Shown one piece after another: positions 7,736-17,893 of a DNA stretch of 64,000 nt. Numbering within the stretch: the stretch's first letter is position 1; every line of letters starts with the position of its first letter. A program made the translations under genes and the position numbers. This stretch comes from Gemmatimonadota bacterium (GTDB lineage Bacteria; Gemmatimonadota; Gemmatimonadetes; Gemmatimonadales; GWC2-71-9): NCBI GenBank assembly GCA_036679605.1, contig JAZDCZ010000398.1, positions 1-64,000 on the forward strand, written 5' to 3'. A model generated the notes under the pieces. That model saw nothing but the letters and a program-made list of their open reading frames with translations, did not search any database and had not been told where the DNA came from.

Positions 7736-9825
7736 ATGTTAAGAACCGCCACAGGCTCAATTGGGATAGCGTCCGCTATCACCCTTGCCGTATTTGCTGT
7801 TGGCGTGGGAGTCCAAGAGCCGACCCTCAAACCAATCGTGCCGGTCGTTTTGGATTCGGCAACATGGAAAGAGTTGCTGGCGGCAGAGGATGCGCGAGCT
7901 GCGACGCCGGAACAACTCAGAACGCTGGTAGCTGGTACGCGATCGGGCGACGCCGCAGTTCGGCGCATCAGCGTTCGAGCGCTTGGTAGACTCGAGCGCC
8001 CAGACATCGTCCGCCAGATCCTTCCACTCCTAGAAGATGTATCCGATACCGTTCGTGCCGAGGCGGTAAACGCACTCGGCCAGGCTGTGTTCAGCGCAGA
8101 CCCAGGCGAGGTAATAGGACCTTTGCTCGTGCGCCTTACGAGCGAGCGTGATCCATGGGTCCATGGCGTAGTTGCCCAAACTCTGGGTCGACTTGCGTAT
8201 TTGTCAGTGGACACGATAGGACTCGTGACCGCCGCACTTCTCGATGCATCGAGCGACGTCGCTGTAGAAGGAATTGTCGGGTTCGCTCGTGGATTCGAAT
8301 CCATTGTTCGACGGCAGAGCGGCAAGGAGCCACTCACGGCTCAGTTCGTAGCACGGTTGCGCGAGTTGGCCCGATTCGACTCACCGAACGAGCGCAGCGC
8401 GGCACAGGTTCGCCGCCTGGCGGTCGCGGCTTTGGTGGGCAGTGGTCAGGTCGACTCAACATTTCTTCTCGCGGTGTTGGACGATGCGGACGCACAGGTT
8501 CGACGACTCGCTGTGCGGGCAGCAGTAATGCTTCGAACGCTTGAGGGAAGGGAAGGGGTGATGGCGCGCGGCCTGTCAGATCCGGCGGCCCCAGTTCGCT
8601 ATGTGGCGATCCAGGGATACGGACAGCGGATGTCGAATAGCTCGGTGTGCGATCTTGTTCGCCAGGCGACCGACGACAACAACATGCACGTTGCGCTGTT
8701 GGCGATCGACAAATTGGCCGCTTGCCGGAGAGATCCGCGAACGGTCGACCTGCTGCAATTGATCGCCGGTCAGGAGGTGAGCGAGGAATCATGGCACCGG
8801 CCGGCGCATGCACTTCTGGCTCTCGCAGGAGCAGCGCCCGGTCGGTTAACCCCGTTTCTAGATCGGGCCTTTGAGTCGGAGAACTCGTGGGTGCGCCTGT
8901 ATGCGGCGCGCGCCGCTACAACGATCGGAGCCCGCGGTGTCCTCGAACGGCTGGCGTTCGATGCTGACGACAACGTGCGTGAGGCCGCGGTGTCTGGCCT
9001 GCTCGAACTGGCCGGCCATGACGCAGACAGCGTTTACATCGCCCAACTCGATCGATCCGGCTATCAATTGATCATTATGACCACGAATGCGTTGGCAGAG
9101 ACGCCGCTTGGGAAGGATGCCGTGTCATCGCTGTTCGGGGCGTTAGACCGCATTACTGCGGAGCACCGTGAGACATCACGCGATGCTCGGAGCGCGCTGC
9201 TTACGCGGATCGGCGAGTTGGGCGATGCACAGTTCGCCGAACGTTTGCGCCCCTACCTTGCCGACTTCGATGTGGCGGTAGCGAATCAGGTTGCTGCGGT
9301 CTTGACCGATTGGATGGGAAGGGAGCATGTGGCAACTCCGACGGTTTTCCCAGCCCAGCCGTTGCCCACTCTCAGAGAGATTCGCGAGTTGGCGACAGCC
9401 CGACCGATTCTACAAATGCGCGCCGGCGGGGAGATCGTGTTGCAACTATTGCCGTATGAGGCACCGACCAACACCGCGCGTTTCGCAAAACTTGCCCGAG
9501 AGGGATACTTTGACGGACTAACGTTTCATCGCGTCGTAGCGTCGTACCGGGGTTCGTGATCCAAGGAGGTAGCCCCGGTGCCAATGAGTTCATTGGGGAC
9601 GGTCCGTATACCCGCGATGAGCTGACGGTGCGATCACACCTAAGGGGGACTGTCGGCGTGTCGACCCGTGGCCGCGATACGGGGGACGGCCAGATTTTCG
9701 TCAATCTGGTGGACAATCCGCGGCTCGATCACAACTACACTATCTTTGCGGAGGTGGTGGAAGGCATGGACTTCGTAGACGATATTTTGGAAGGTGCGAT
9801 AATCGAGCGGATTGTCTGGAGATAA
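7736..9825 (+). pseudogene. HEAT-repeat / cyclophilin-type peptidyl-prolyl isomerase, frameshifted
   Basis: HEAT repeats then APTNTARF...YFDGLTFHRVV; frame switches to PGFVIQGG...DTGDGQIFVN...LDHNYTIF after a duplicated GCGTCGTA at 9531-9546. Confidence 0.85.
9531..9546 (+). repeat. 8-bp tandem duplication GCGTCGTA x2
   Basis: Seen directly; removing one copy restores FHRVVPGFVIQGG. Confidence 0.9.
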
Positions 9826-9841
9826 TCACAAGGGAGGGACC

Positions 9842-10408
9842 ATGAAATTAGTACGGATAGCATTGGTGGCAGCGGCGGGTGGCTCCGTTGCGTTCGCAGC
9901 GTGCGGTGGAGGCGAGACTCGTGACGACGCGTCCGAGGAACCCTCGGCCTCGGTGACCGCCGCACAGCCGGACACGACTGGCCCGGGCATGTGGGCACAT
10001 ATCCAGGCAGCCGCCTACCAGTCGAACTGGGGACTCTGGCCCGACAAGGGCGAATTGTACACCGGACAGGTACCGCACGGCATGTTGCTGACCTCGTACT
10101 TGAATGAGGCTGCCATGGGTGCGCTGACGAGCCACGCGGGCTCAATGCCGGACGGCGCGATCGTCATCAAAGAGAACTATATGCCGGACAGCACATTGGC
10201 GGCGGTGACAGTGATGTTTAAGAAGTCGGGCTACGACGGTGAGCATAACGATTGGTTCTTTGCCAAGTACCTTCCCAGTGGTGAGTTGGACAAGGCGCCG
10301 AACGGGATGGCGATGGCCGGCCGAGTACCGGGGTGCCAGAACTGCCATGGCGGTGTGAAGGCGAACGACTACCTCTTCACGTCATCGCTCAGCGAAGCCG
10401 GTCAGTAG
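9842..10408 (+). CDS. Cytochrome P460-family lipoprotein
   Basis: Lipobox FAAC; MPDGAIVIKENY...VTVMFK..GYD....DWFF; C-terminal CQNCH...DYLF; GGGAGG RBS. Confidence 0.8.
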   Translation: MKLVRIALVAAAGGSVAFAACGGGETRDDASEEPSASVTAAQPDTTGPGMWAHIQAAAYQSNWGLWPDKGELYTGQVPHGMLLTSYLNEAAMGALTSHAGSMPDGAIVIKENYMPDSTLAAVTVMFKKSGYDGEHNDWFFAKYLPSGELDKAPNGMAMAGRVPGCQNCHGGVKANDYLFTSSLSEAGQ

Positions 10409-10437
10409 ATGCGGTACAACGGGGCGGTGGAGACCGT

Positions 10438-11244
10438 CTAACCGCCGCCCCGCATCCACGCTAGCAACAGAGCCATTCCCGTCAAGATCATCGCGCCACC
10501 GGCCAGCTTGCCCACCATTGGCGCGCGGGGAATTACCTTCTCCAACAACACGAAGATCGCAATAGCGGCGATCCAGAGCAGATTCATTACGCCGCCCACG
10601 AAGAGAAGTCCCATCAACAGCCAACAGCAGCCCAAGCAAAAAGCCCCATGGACCAAACCCATCCGGAACGCGCCAACGGTTCCCGCTCGCCAATGCTGGG
10701 AGATGAAATATGCGGGAGAGCGGCAGTGCTTGAGGCAGGCGGTTTTGGCAGGGGTCAACTGGTAGATGCCGGCGGCTACGAGCAGACCGGCTCCAATTTT
10801 CGGGCTTGTTGTCACCAGCATCGGGGACAGCAACGCCGCGCGGTCGAGTCCCCACTGCGCCAATGTCGCCACGACACTGAAAAGCGCCCACATGGCGATG
10901 TAGCCCGCCACAAATGTTACGGTGGGTGCCACCATCGCCCCGTCACGCGCCGCCTTCCTAGCTACAGCCGCATATATCATTGTCATCGGTGCGGCGGTAG
11001 GTACCATCATGCCGATCATCATTATTGCCCACATCAGGAAGACAGCAACGAATTCCACCGGGCCCCAAGAGTGGATTTGCGCCATCTCCATTGGCTGCGA
11101 CGAACCCACCATGCGGGTTGCCGACCAGAACAAATAGGCCCACGCAAGCGCGGTAACTCCTGCCAGCGACGATAGGACGGCCCAGCGATCGTTCCGCCCC
11201 AGCGCAGGTAGGGTCACTGTTTCGGGGTCAGGCATCAATCGCAC
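10438..11244 (-). CDS. DUF2182 predicted metal-binding membrane protein
   Basis: MWAIMMIGMMVP, YQLTPAKTACLKHCRSP, CLGCCWLLM, GGVMNL, LLEK. Confidence 0.9.
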   Translation of the reverse strand: MRLMPDPETVTLPALGRNDRWAVLSSLAGVTALAWAYLFWSATRMVGSSQPMEMAQIHSWGPVEFVAVFLMWAIMMIGMMVPTAAPMTMIYAAVARKAARDGAMVAPTVTFVAGYIAMWALFSVVATLAQWGLDRAALLSPMLVTTSPKIGAGLLVAAGIYQLTPAKTACLKHCRSPAYFISQHWRAGTVGAFRMGLVHGAFCLGCCWLLMGLLFVGGVMNLLWIAAIAIFVLLEKVIPRAPMVGKLAGGAMILTGMALLLAWMRGGG

Positions 11245-11271
11245 TTTGGAGCGTCATGCTTTGCGGCTCTG

Positions 11272-11904
11272 CTACCGGATCACGCCGTCCTGATTCATGT
11301 GGAGAATGTTGAACTGCCCGTACGTGTCATTGAGGTCGAGTTCTATGGCGCCGGTCGCCTTGGTCGATGCCGTGGCCATCTCGGCAACGTTGTACTCGAA
11401 CCCGTTCGGGAGCTGGATACGGGCGCGCTGCTCGGCCCCGGTATTGGGATCGATGATCGGTGATCCTGTGGATTCGACGATACCGGGAATGTTGAGATGT
11501 GCTCTACGAGCGTCGACGTCGATCTCGAGCGCTATAGGCTTGTAAAGGGTTTCTAGAACTTCGGACATCGTGCTGTTATAGACGAAGAAGTGAGTTGCAC
11601 CCGGTGCCGTGTCTTCACCGTGGAGAATCTTGCGCAACGCCTCCCGTTGGGCATCGTTCGCCCGCTCGTCGATGATTGCCTGTTCCTTTCCGTTCCCCTC
11701 TGCTACTTCACCCGGCCAGTAGACTAGGAGCGCCCAGTTCAGATCATCAAGAGGTGTGTCGCCGAAATGACCCTCCTTGATGTGTCCGCAGATTACGGCC
11801 TCGCAGTGGCCGTACGTGGTTGGAGAGTTGAACTGGCAAGGGCAGCCCCAGGCACAGTTGCAGTTGTCGTACGAGGCTCCGCGGATTTCCCATTGAACTC
11901 CCAT
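11272..11904 (-). CDS. DUF1326 domain protein
   Basis: NCNCAWGCPCQFNSPTTYGHC; IIDERANDAQREAL; adjacent to DUF2182, its usual partner. Confidence 0.9.
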   Translation of the reverse strand: MGVQWEIRGASYDNCNCAWGCPCQFNSPTTYGHCEAVICGHIKEGHFGDTPLDDLNWALLVYWPGEVAEGNGKEQAIIDERANDAQREALRKILHGEDTAPGATHFFVYNSTMSEVLETLYKPIALEIDVDARRAHLNIPGIVESTGSPIIDPNTGAEQRARIQLPNGFEYNVAEMATASTKATGAIELDLNDTYGQFNILHMNQDGVIR

Positions 11905-11984
11905 CGATCACCTCCTGGATGTGCAGAACGACGACGAGGACCGCCATGGAGCGGTCGCCCGGGCCAGTAAATATATCGGCTTTT

Positions 11985-12359
11985 TCAAGCCGTGTGCTGC
12001 TCTATACACTCCACCACCTTTTCAGGCTCGATCGGCTTGGCGAGGAAGGGATAGCCGCCGATCGTGCCTCCTCCGGAATCGACTTCGTCCTTCTTCACCA
12101 AGGCCGTGAGAAACACTATTGGTGTGGCGCTAAGCGCGTCGTCCTCTCTCATTTGGGCGGCGACCTCTGGGCCGTCGATGTCGGGCATCATGATGTCCAA
12201 CAGGATGAGATGGGGTCGAAACTCCCGTGCCGTCTGAACCGCTTTCGTGCCTTCGTTCTCAGCAACCACCTCGTAGGCACCAGTCGCTTCCAGGTAGAGC
12301 TTCAACGTGCGCGTGATGATCGCCTCATCGTCAACAAGCATAATCCGCTTCTTTTCCAT
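11985..12359 (-). CDS. Single-domain response regulator
   Basis: LVDDE, LLDIMMPDIDG, FLTA, AKP. Confidence 0.9.
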   Translation of the reverse strand: MEKKRIMLVDDEAIITRTLKLYLEATGAYEVVAENEGTKAVQTAREFRPHLILLDIMMPDIDGPEVAAQMREDDALSATPIVFLTALVKKDEVDSGGGTIGGYPFLAKPIEPEKVVECIEQHTA

Positions 12360-12361
12360 TT

Positions 12362-13489
12362 CTAAGTGTCCTCCTCAGGAACGTCGAAAACTATAGTGAC
12401 CCTGGCTCCGCCTTCTTCCCGGTTTCGGATGTCTATGGTACCGCCGTGCATCTCGATGATCTGGCGAGATACCGAAAGACCCAGACCCGTCCCCTGGCCG
12501 GTGGGCTTCGTGGTAAAGAACGGATCATAGAGCTTGATCAACTGGTCCGGGGGGATCCCGCTTCCCGTGTCATCCGCTTCGAGCACCACCATTCTTCCGC
12601 CAGTTGCGAACGGATCGTTGTCCGGATCCTCGGCCTCTCCTGCAATGGTTCTTTTCCTCTTAACGTAGGTTCTTGCGGTAATCGTTCCGCCTGCGGGCGT
12701 GGCGTGAGCGGCGTTGGTAAAGATGTTGACGAGAACCTGCTGCGTCTTCAATCCGTCCAGTTCGAGCTTCGGGAGGTCGGGAGTTAGATCCTTGACGAAC
12801 TTCACGTGACTTTTGGTGAATTCGTGTTTTACCATGAACGCCGATTTCTCAATGAGATCATTCAAGTCCTGTGGCGAAGTTTCAAGCTCGTGCGCCGAGG
12901 AAAAGTCGAGTAGCCCTCGTATCACTGTGTCCGCACGGTGCACCGCCGTACGCATGTCATCGAGGACACCCTGCAACTCGTCGTCGTCCTTGAACCGCTG
13001 CGCAAGGTATTGGACCGCGACGATCAGCGCCATTAGCGGGTTCTTGACCTCATGCGCGACCCCTGCGGCGAGCTGGCCCACTGCCTCCAGCTTCTCGACC
13101 TCGATGAGCTTCCACTGCGCGAGCTTTAGATCGACGTGTGATTTCCGGAGGTCGGTATGGACGCGCCCCAAATTTTGCTCGGCGCGTTCACGCTGGGCTA
13201 CCTCCGCGCGTATCTCCGAAAACCATCCGGCTCCGAGAGCCAATCCTATGTAGGCCGAAAGAGCATAAACGAAGAACGGCCAGTCTCCCAATTGCCACGA
13301 TAGGAGCATTCCCAGTAGGTGAGCGAGCACGAGTACGATCATTCCAACGGCGAGAGCCACGGTTACACGATGCCATCCGCGATACGTGCAGAGCAAGAAT
13401 GCCGGCAGAAGAGCCAATAGCCACATCAACGACCCGTACTCAGCCAGTGATTCCCTGAAGAACAGCGCCCCCGCGACCGAGACGGCCAA
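12362..13489 (-). CDS. Membrane sensor histidine kinase (true start possibly further upstream)
   Basis: N-terminal TM helices; AHEVKNPL H-box, QVLVNIFTNA, DTGSGI, PFFTTK..GQGTGLGL. Confidence 0.9.
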   Translation of the reverse strand: MAVSVAGALFFRESLAEYGSLMWLLALLPAFLLCTYRGWHRVTVALAVGMIVLVLAHLLGMLLSWQLGDWPFFVYALSAYIGLALGAGWFSEIRAEVAQRERAEQNLGRVHTDLRKSHVDLKLAQWKLIEVEKLEAVGQLAAGVAHEVKNPLMALIVAVQYLAQRFKDDDELQGVLDDMRTAVHRADTVIRGLLDFSSAHELETSPQDLNDLIEKSAFMVKHEFTKSHVKFVKDLTPDLPKLELDGLKTQQVLVNIFTNAAHATPAGGTITARTYVKRKRTIAGEAEDPDNDPFATGGRMVVLEADDTGSGIPPDQLIKLYDPFFTTKPTGQGTGLGLSVSRQIIEMHGGTIDIRNREEGGARVTIVFDVPEEDT

Positions 13490-13574
13490 TGCGAGAAAAG
13501 ATAGTGCCAGCGCTCGTGGCGGTACCGCATAGGTATACCGCTGAAAGTCCTGCGGGCCTGGCTGCTTGCTGAGT

Positions 13575-13946
13575 TCAGTCAGCTCTCAATACCTCGTCGA
13601 CCATTGCCAGCAGTTCGTCCGGCGCGAACGGTTTTGGGAGGGTGCGGATCGCCCCAAACCGGGTTGCGATGTCCAATACCTTTTCGTGATCTACCACGCC
13701 ACCGCCGGACGTTGCGATGATCTTAGCGTCCCCGTGGCTCTGCCTGAGTCTGATGATCAGCTCCATTCCGTCCATACCGGGCATGAAGATGTCGACTATG
13801 CTCAAATCCACATCGTGCTGTTTGAACAAACCGAGCGCGCTATCTCCGTCGGAAGCCAGTAATACTTCGTGGCCCGCGTGAATCAGCGTTCGCTCGATCG
13901 CCCGCTGCATCGAGCTGTCGTCTTCGGCTACTAGAATTCGGGCCAA
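13575..13946 (-). CDS. Single-domain response regulator
   Basis: ARILVAEDD...VDIFMPGMDG...ATSGGG...LPKPF; TTG start inferred. Confidence 0.85.
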   Translation of the reverse strand: MARILVAEDDSSMQRAIERTLIHAGHEVLLASDGDSALGLFKQHDVDLSIVDIFMPGMDGMELIIRLRQSHGDAKIIATSGGGVVDHEKVLDIATRFGAIRTLPKPFAPDELLAMVDEVLRAD

Positions 13947-14132
13947 GGGGAGGTCCTGGAAGCGTTGTCGAGGAAGAGTATATCGTTTCAATCTGATAGT
14001 GTAAAGCAGAACCGGCAAGTGGAGAATAGTGGATACCGGTTGACCATCTCCTGCCCTTAAAGAATGATTCAGAACTTCTTCATACTTGCGCTCCAACTTC
14101 TGTTGATCGAGACGCGCCCGTATAACACCTCA

Positions 14133-15518
14133 ATGGAATCGCCAATGAAGACCATTATCGAACCGTTTCGCATCAAAGTCACCGAACCTCTGCACATCAT
14201 CTCCAAAGATGAACGGATCGAGGCTCTCAAGCAGGCTCATCACAACGTCTTTCAACTGGATTCCCGAGACTGTTGCATCGATCTGTTGACCGACAGTGGT
14301 ACGGGAGCGATGTCGACCCAGCAGTGGGCCGCGATCATGTTGGGTGATGAGAGTTACGCGGGAAGCCCTTCCTGGAAGAAATTCGAGTCCACCGTCAAGA
14401 ACATTACCGGAATGAAGTACATCTTCCCGACACATCAGGGGAGAGCGGCAGAGGGAATACTTGCAACGACTCGGCTCAAACAAGGAGATGTAGTTCCCAA
14501 CAATAGTCACTTCGATACCACTCGGGCGAACATCGAGTTCGTTGGTGGTAAGGCGGTAGACCTGCTCGGTGATGAAGGGTTGGACAATCGATCGGAGGCA
14601 CGGTTCAAGGGTAACATGGATCTCGCCAAGTTGGAGCGGTGCATTCATGAGAATGGCAAGGAGAACATTCCCTTCTGCATGATTACCGTTACGAACAATA
14701 CGGGAGGTGGTCAGCCGGTTTCATTGGAGAACATTAGAGGTACGAAACAACTTCTAGAAAAATACGGCATCCCGTTAGTACTGGATGCGTGCCGGTTTGC
14801 TGAAAACGCATATTTCATTCAGCAGGGTGAGACCGGCTATCACGACAAGTCGTTGCTCGAGATTGCACAGGAGACGTTCTCGTATGCAGACGCTGCTACG
14901 ATGAGTCTGAAGAAGGATGGACTCGTGAATATTGGTGGCTTCCTTACCTGCAACGAAGATCGGTGGGCGGAGGACTTTCGGAACGCTTTGATTCTGAGAG
15001 AAGGGTTCCCGACATATGGTGGGATGGCTGGTCGAGATCTCGAGGCGGCGTCCGTCGGTTTGATGGAGGCATTGGAGCAGGACTACCAAGAGTATCGGCA
15101 TGCCACGGTCTGCTACTTCGCGAAGCGGTTGGAGCTGCTCGGAATTCCCTATGTTCGTCCGGTTGGAGGACACGCTGTGTTCCTGGACGCGACGGCGATT
15201 CTCCCCAACATCCCACCGTTGCAATACCCGGGGATCGGGCTGGTCAACGCACTCTACGTGGAAGGTGGAATCCGCGGTGTGGAACTGGGCAGCGTCATGT
15301 TTGGGAGCTTTGACGATAAGGGAAATGAAATTCCATCTCCTCTTGAGCTTGTTCGCCTGGCGTTCCCCCGAAGAGTATATACCCAAAGTCATTTCGACTA
15401 TATCCTGGAAGTGATTGAGACTGTTTGGAAGCAGCGCGATAGAATAAAAGGCTACAGGATTACGTATCAGTCCAAGTTCCTAAGGCACTTCACATGTAGG
15501 TTCGAAGAGTTGGCGTAG
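14133..15518 (+). CDS. tnaA: Tryptophanase (tryptophan indole-lyase)
   Basis: EPFRIK, IDLLTDSGT, GDESYAGS, THQGRAAE, SLKKDG (PLP Lys); HFDTT and LRHFT match TnaA rather than TPL. Confidence 0.85.
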   Translation: MESPMKTIIEPFRIKVTEPLHIISKDERIEALKQAHHNVFQLDSRDCCIDLLTDSGTGAMSTQQWAAIMLGDESYAGSPSWKKFESTVKNITGMKYIFPTHQGRAAEGILATTRLKQGDVVPNNSHFDTTRANIEFVGGKAVDLLGDEGLDNRSEARFKGNMDLAKLERCIHENGKENIPFCMITVTNNTGGGQPVSLENIRGTKQLLEKYGIPLVLDACRFAENAYFIQQGETGYHDKSLLEIAQETFSYADAATMSLKKDGLVNIGGFLTCNEDRWAEDFRNALILREGFPTYGGMAGRDLEAASVGLMEALEQDYQEYRHATVCYFAKRLELLGIPYVRPVGGHAVFLDATAILPNIPPLQYPGIGLVNALYVEGGIRGVELGSVMFGSFDDKGNEIPSPLELVRLAFPRRVYTQSHFDYILEVIETVWKQRDRIKGYRITYQSKFLRHFTCRFEELA

Positions 15519-15575
15519 ACGGTACTCCCGCGGGGCGACTCGCCATCGGGGTTCGTTACCCATATCTTTTGCACC

Positions 15576-17846
15576 ATGTCCGACATGTTGGAGCGCCTGA
15601 AGGGGGCCGTCGTCGCCCGTTATGCTGTCGAGCGAGAACTCGGTGCGGGCGGTATGGCAGTGGTCTATCTGGCGGAGGATCGCAAGCACCACCGTCCCGT
15701 AGCGTTGAAGGTGCTGAGACCCGAGCTGGCTCAGGCGCTCGGCCCCGAGAGATTCCTACGGGAAATAGAGTTTGCTGCCCGGCTGACCCACCCCCATATC
15801 CTACCGCTGTACGACTCTGGTGAGGCCGACGGCTTCCTCTACTATGTGATGCCGTTTATTGAAGGCGCGTCCCTCCGCGACCGACTTGACAAGGAGAAGC
15901 AACTTCCCGTCGATGAGGCACTGCGAATCACGGGAGAGGTTGCCGATGCGTTGGATTATGCCCACGCCGAGGGCGTGATTCACAGGGATATCAAACCGGA
16001 GAACGTGCTCTTGTCCGGGGGACACGCCTTGGTCGTGGATTTCGGTATTGGCAAGGCTTTGAGTGCGGCTGGCGCGGACCAACTGACACAAACGGGATTG
16101 GCAGTGGGCACTCCGGCCTACATGAGTCCCGAACAAGCGGCCGGCGATGGCGAGTTGGACGGGCGGAGCGATCTCTACGCGCTCGGCTGCGTGCTGTACG
16201 AGATGTTAGCGGGGGAGCAGCCGTTTACGGGGGCCACCGCCCAGGCCGTGATCGCCAAACGATTCACGGAATCGGTGCCGGCTGTTTCTTCTCGCCGGGA
16301 CACACTGCCTGGAACGCTCGACCCGGTGGTGAGCAAGGTCCTCTCCAAGATTCCCGCCGATCGTTTCACCACTGGGGCTCAGTTCGCCGCGGCGCTTGAG
16401 CTAGCGTCAACGATGCCGGTGCCTCAGAACGTCACACCGGTGCCTCCGCAGGAAGGGACGGCGGAAAAATCCATTGCCGTGTTACCGTTTGCCAATATGA
16501 GCGCCGATCCGGAGAACGAATATTTCAGCGACGGAATCACCGAGGAGATCATCAATGCGTTGGCACAACTGGAGGATCTACATGTCGCCGCACGCACGTC
16601 GTCGTTCTCGTTCAAGGGCAAGTCGCCCAGCATTGCCGAGGTGGGTGAGGAACTCAAGGTGACGACTGTATTGGAGGGCAGCGTACGCAAGGCCGGCAAC
16701 CGTCTGCGCATCACCGCGCAGTTGATCAACGTGGCCGACGGGTATCACCTCTGGTCGGAACGCTACGATCGGGAGATGGACGACGTGTTCGCCATTCAAG
16801 ACGAGATCGCCACGACGATAGCCGACAAACTGCAAGTCACTCTAGCGGGCGGGTCCGACCGGCAACTCGTCAGGCCGTCCACAGAGAACCTCGACGCCTA
16901 CCAGCTCTATTTGAAAGGCCGTTTTTTCCTTTATCAACGAATTGGGGCGTCTCTCCAGAACGGGCTCGAGTGCTTCGAGCAGGCGCTCGCCTTGGATCCC
17001 GACTACGCCTTGGCCCATGCCGGCAGGGCCGACGCATACGGTCTACTCGGCTTCTATGGTGTCCTGCGGCCGCATGCGACCATGCCCAAGGCCAAGGAGG
17101 CCGCACTGAAGGCGATCGCGCTGGACGATACGCTGTCGGAGGGTCACTGCGCACTGGCCTTGGTGAGCGGTCTGTACGACTGGGACTGGGATACCCAAGC
17201 AAGAGAACTCCGGCGCGCTCTCGAACTCAACCCGAGCAATGTCCAGGCACGGACTTGGCATGCGTTTTTCAAACTTGCGTTAGTTGAGGGGCGGTTCGAC
17301 GAAGCCATAGTTGAAGCCCGGCGCGCAGTTGAACTCGATCCGCGATCCAGCTACACCAACTCAATGCTTGGATTCGTTCTCGCCATCGCGAGTCGCTATG
17401 AGGAGGCTGTCACTCACTTGCAAACGGCAATTGAGCTGGAGCCGAACTCGTACCTCGCATGTCGTGGCCTCGGACTGGCGTCACGTTGGGGGTCGAGGTA
17501 TCCGGAAGCGATCGCCGCATTTGAGAAATCTTTATCACTTTCCGGGCGCCACCAATGGGCGCTTGGAGATACGCATGCGGTGTATGTCTTGGCAGGCAGG
17601 ATGGAGGAAGCTGACGCGATGTTCGATGAGATGGTCGCACGACTCAAGGATGGCTACGTGCAATCCAGCTTCTTTGCTATGGGACTGGCCTTGCGAGGGA
17701 GGAAAGACGAAGCTTTCGAGTGGCTCGAACGGGCATATGAGGAGCGAGATCCCTTAATGGGGATTCTCAAGTACTGGCCGGATTTCGATCCCTTGCGCGA
17801 TGATCCACGGTTCGATGACATGCTGGCGCGAATCGGACTAGCGTGA
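15576..17846 (+). CDS. Hanks-type Ser/Thr protein kinase with TolB-like and TPR domains
   Basis: GAGGMA, VALK, HRDIKPEN, DFG, GTPAYMSPEQ; SIAVLPFANMS; TPRs. Confidence 0.92.
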   Translation: MSDMLERLKGAVVARYAVERELGAGGMAVVYLAEDRKHHRPVALKVLRPELAQALGPERFLREIEFAARLTHPHILPLYDSGEADGFLYYVMPFIEGASLRDRLDKEKQLPVDEALRITGEVADALDYAHAEGVIHRDIKPENVLLSGGHALVVDFGIGKALSAAGADQLTQTGLAVGTPAYMSPEQAAGDGELDGRSDLYALGCVLYEMLAGEQPFTGATAQAVIAKRFTESVPAVSSRRDTLPGTLDPVVSKVLSKIPADRFTTGAQFAAALELASTMPVPQNVTPVPPQEGTAEKSIAVLPFANMSADPENEYFSDGITEEIINALAQLEDLHVAARTSSFSFKGKSPSIAEVGEELKVTTVLEGSVRKAGNRLRITAQLINVADGYHLWSERYDREMDDVFAIQDEIATTIADKLQVTLAGGSDRQLVRPSTENLDAYQLYLKGRFFLYQRIGASLQNGLECFEQALALDPDYALAHAGRADAYGLLGFYGVLRPHATMPKAKEAALKAIALDDTLSEGHCALALVSGLYDWDWDTQARELRRALELNPSNVQARTWHAFFKLALVEGRFDEAIVEARRAVELDPRSSYTNSMLGFVLAIASRYEEAVTHLQTAIELEPNSYLACRGLGLASRWGSRYPEAIAAFEKSLSLSGRHQWALGDTHAVYVLAGRMEEADAMFDEMVARLKDGYVQSSFFAMGLALRGRKDEAFEWLERAYEERDPLMGILKYWPDFDPLRDDPRFDDMLARIGLA

Positions 17847-17893
17847 GGAGAGATTCTACGGAGGACATCAGGAGTTTCCTACCTTGTGGCATC

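Noticed and set aside
9556..9825. Independent 89-aa cyclophilin gene
   Set aside because: It is the C-terminal part of the frameshifted HEAT-cyclophilin gene
14133..15518. Tyrosine phenol-lyase assignment
   Set aside because: FDTT and LRHFT match tryptophanase; TPL has FTTT and LRFFT
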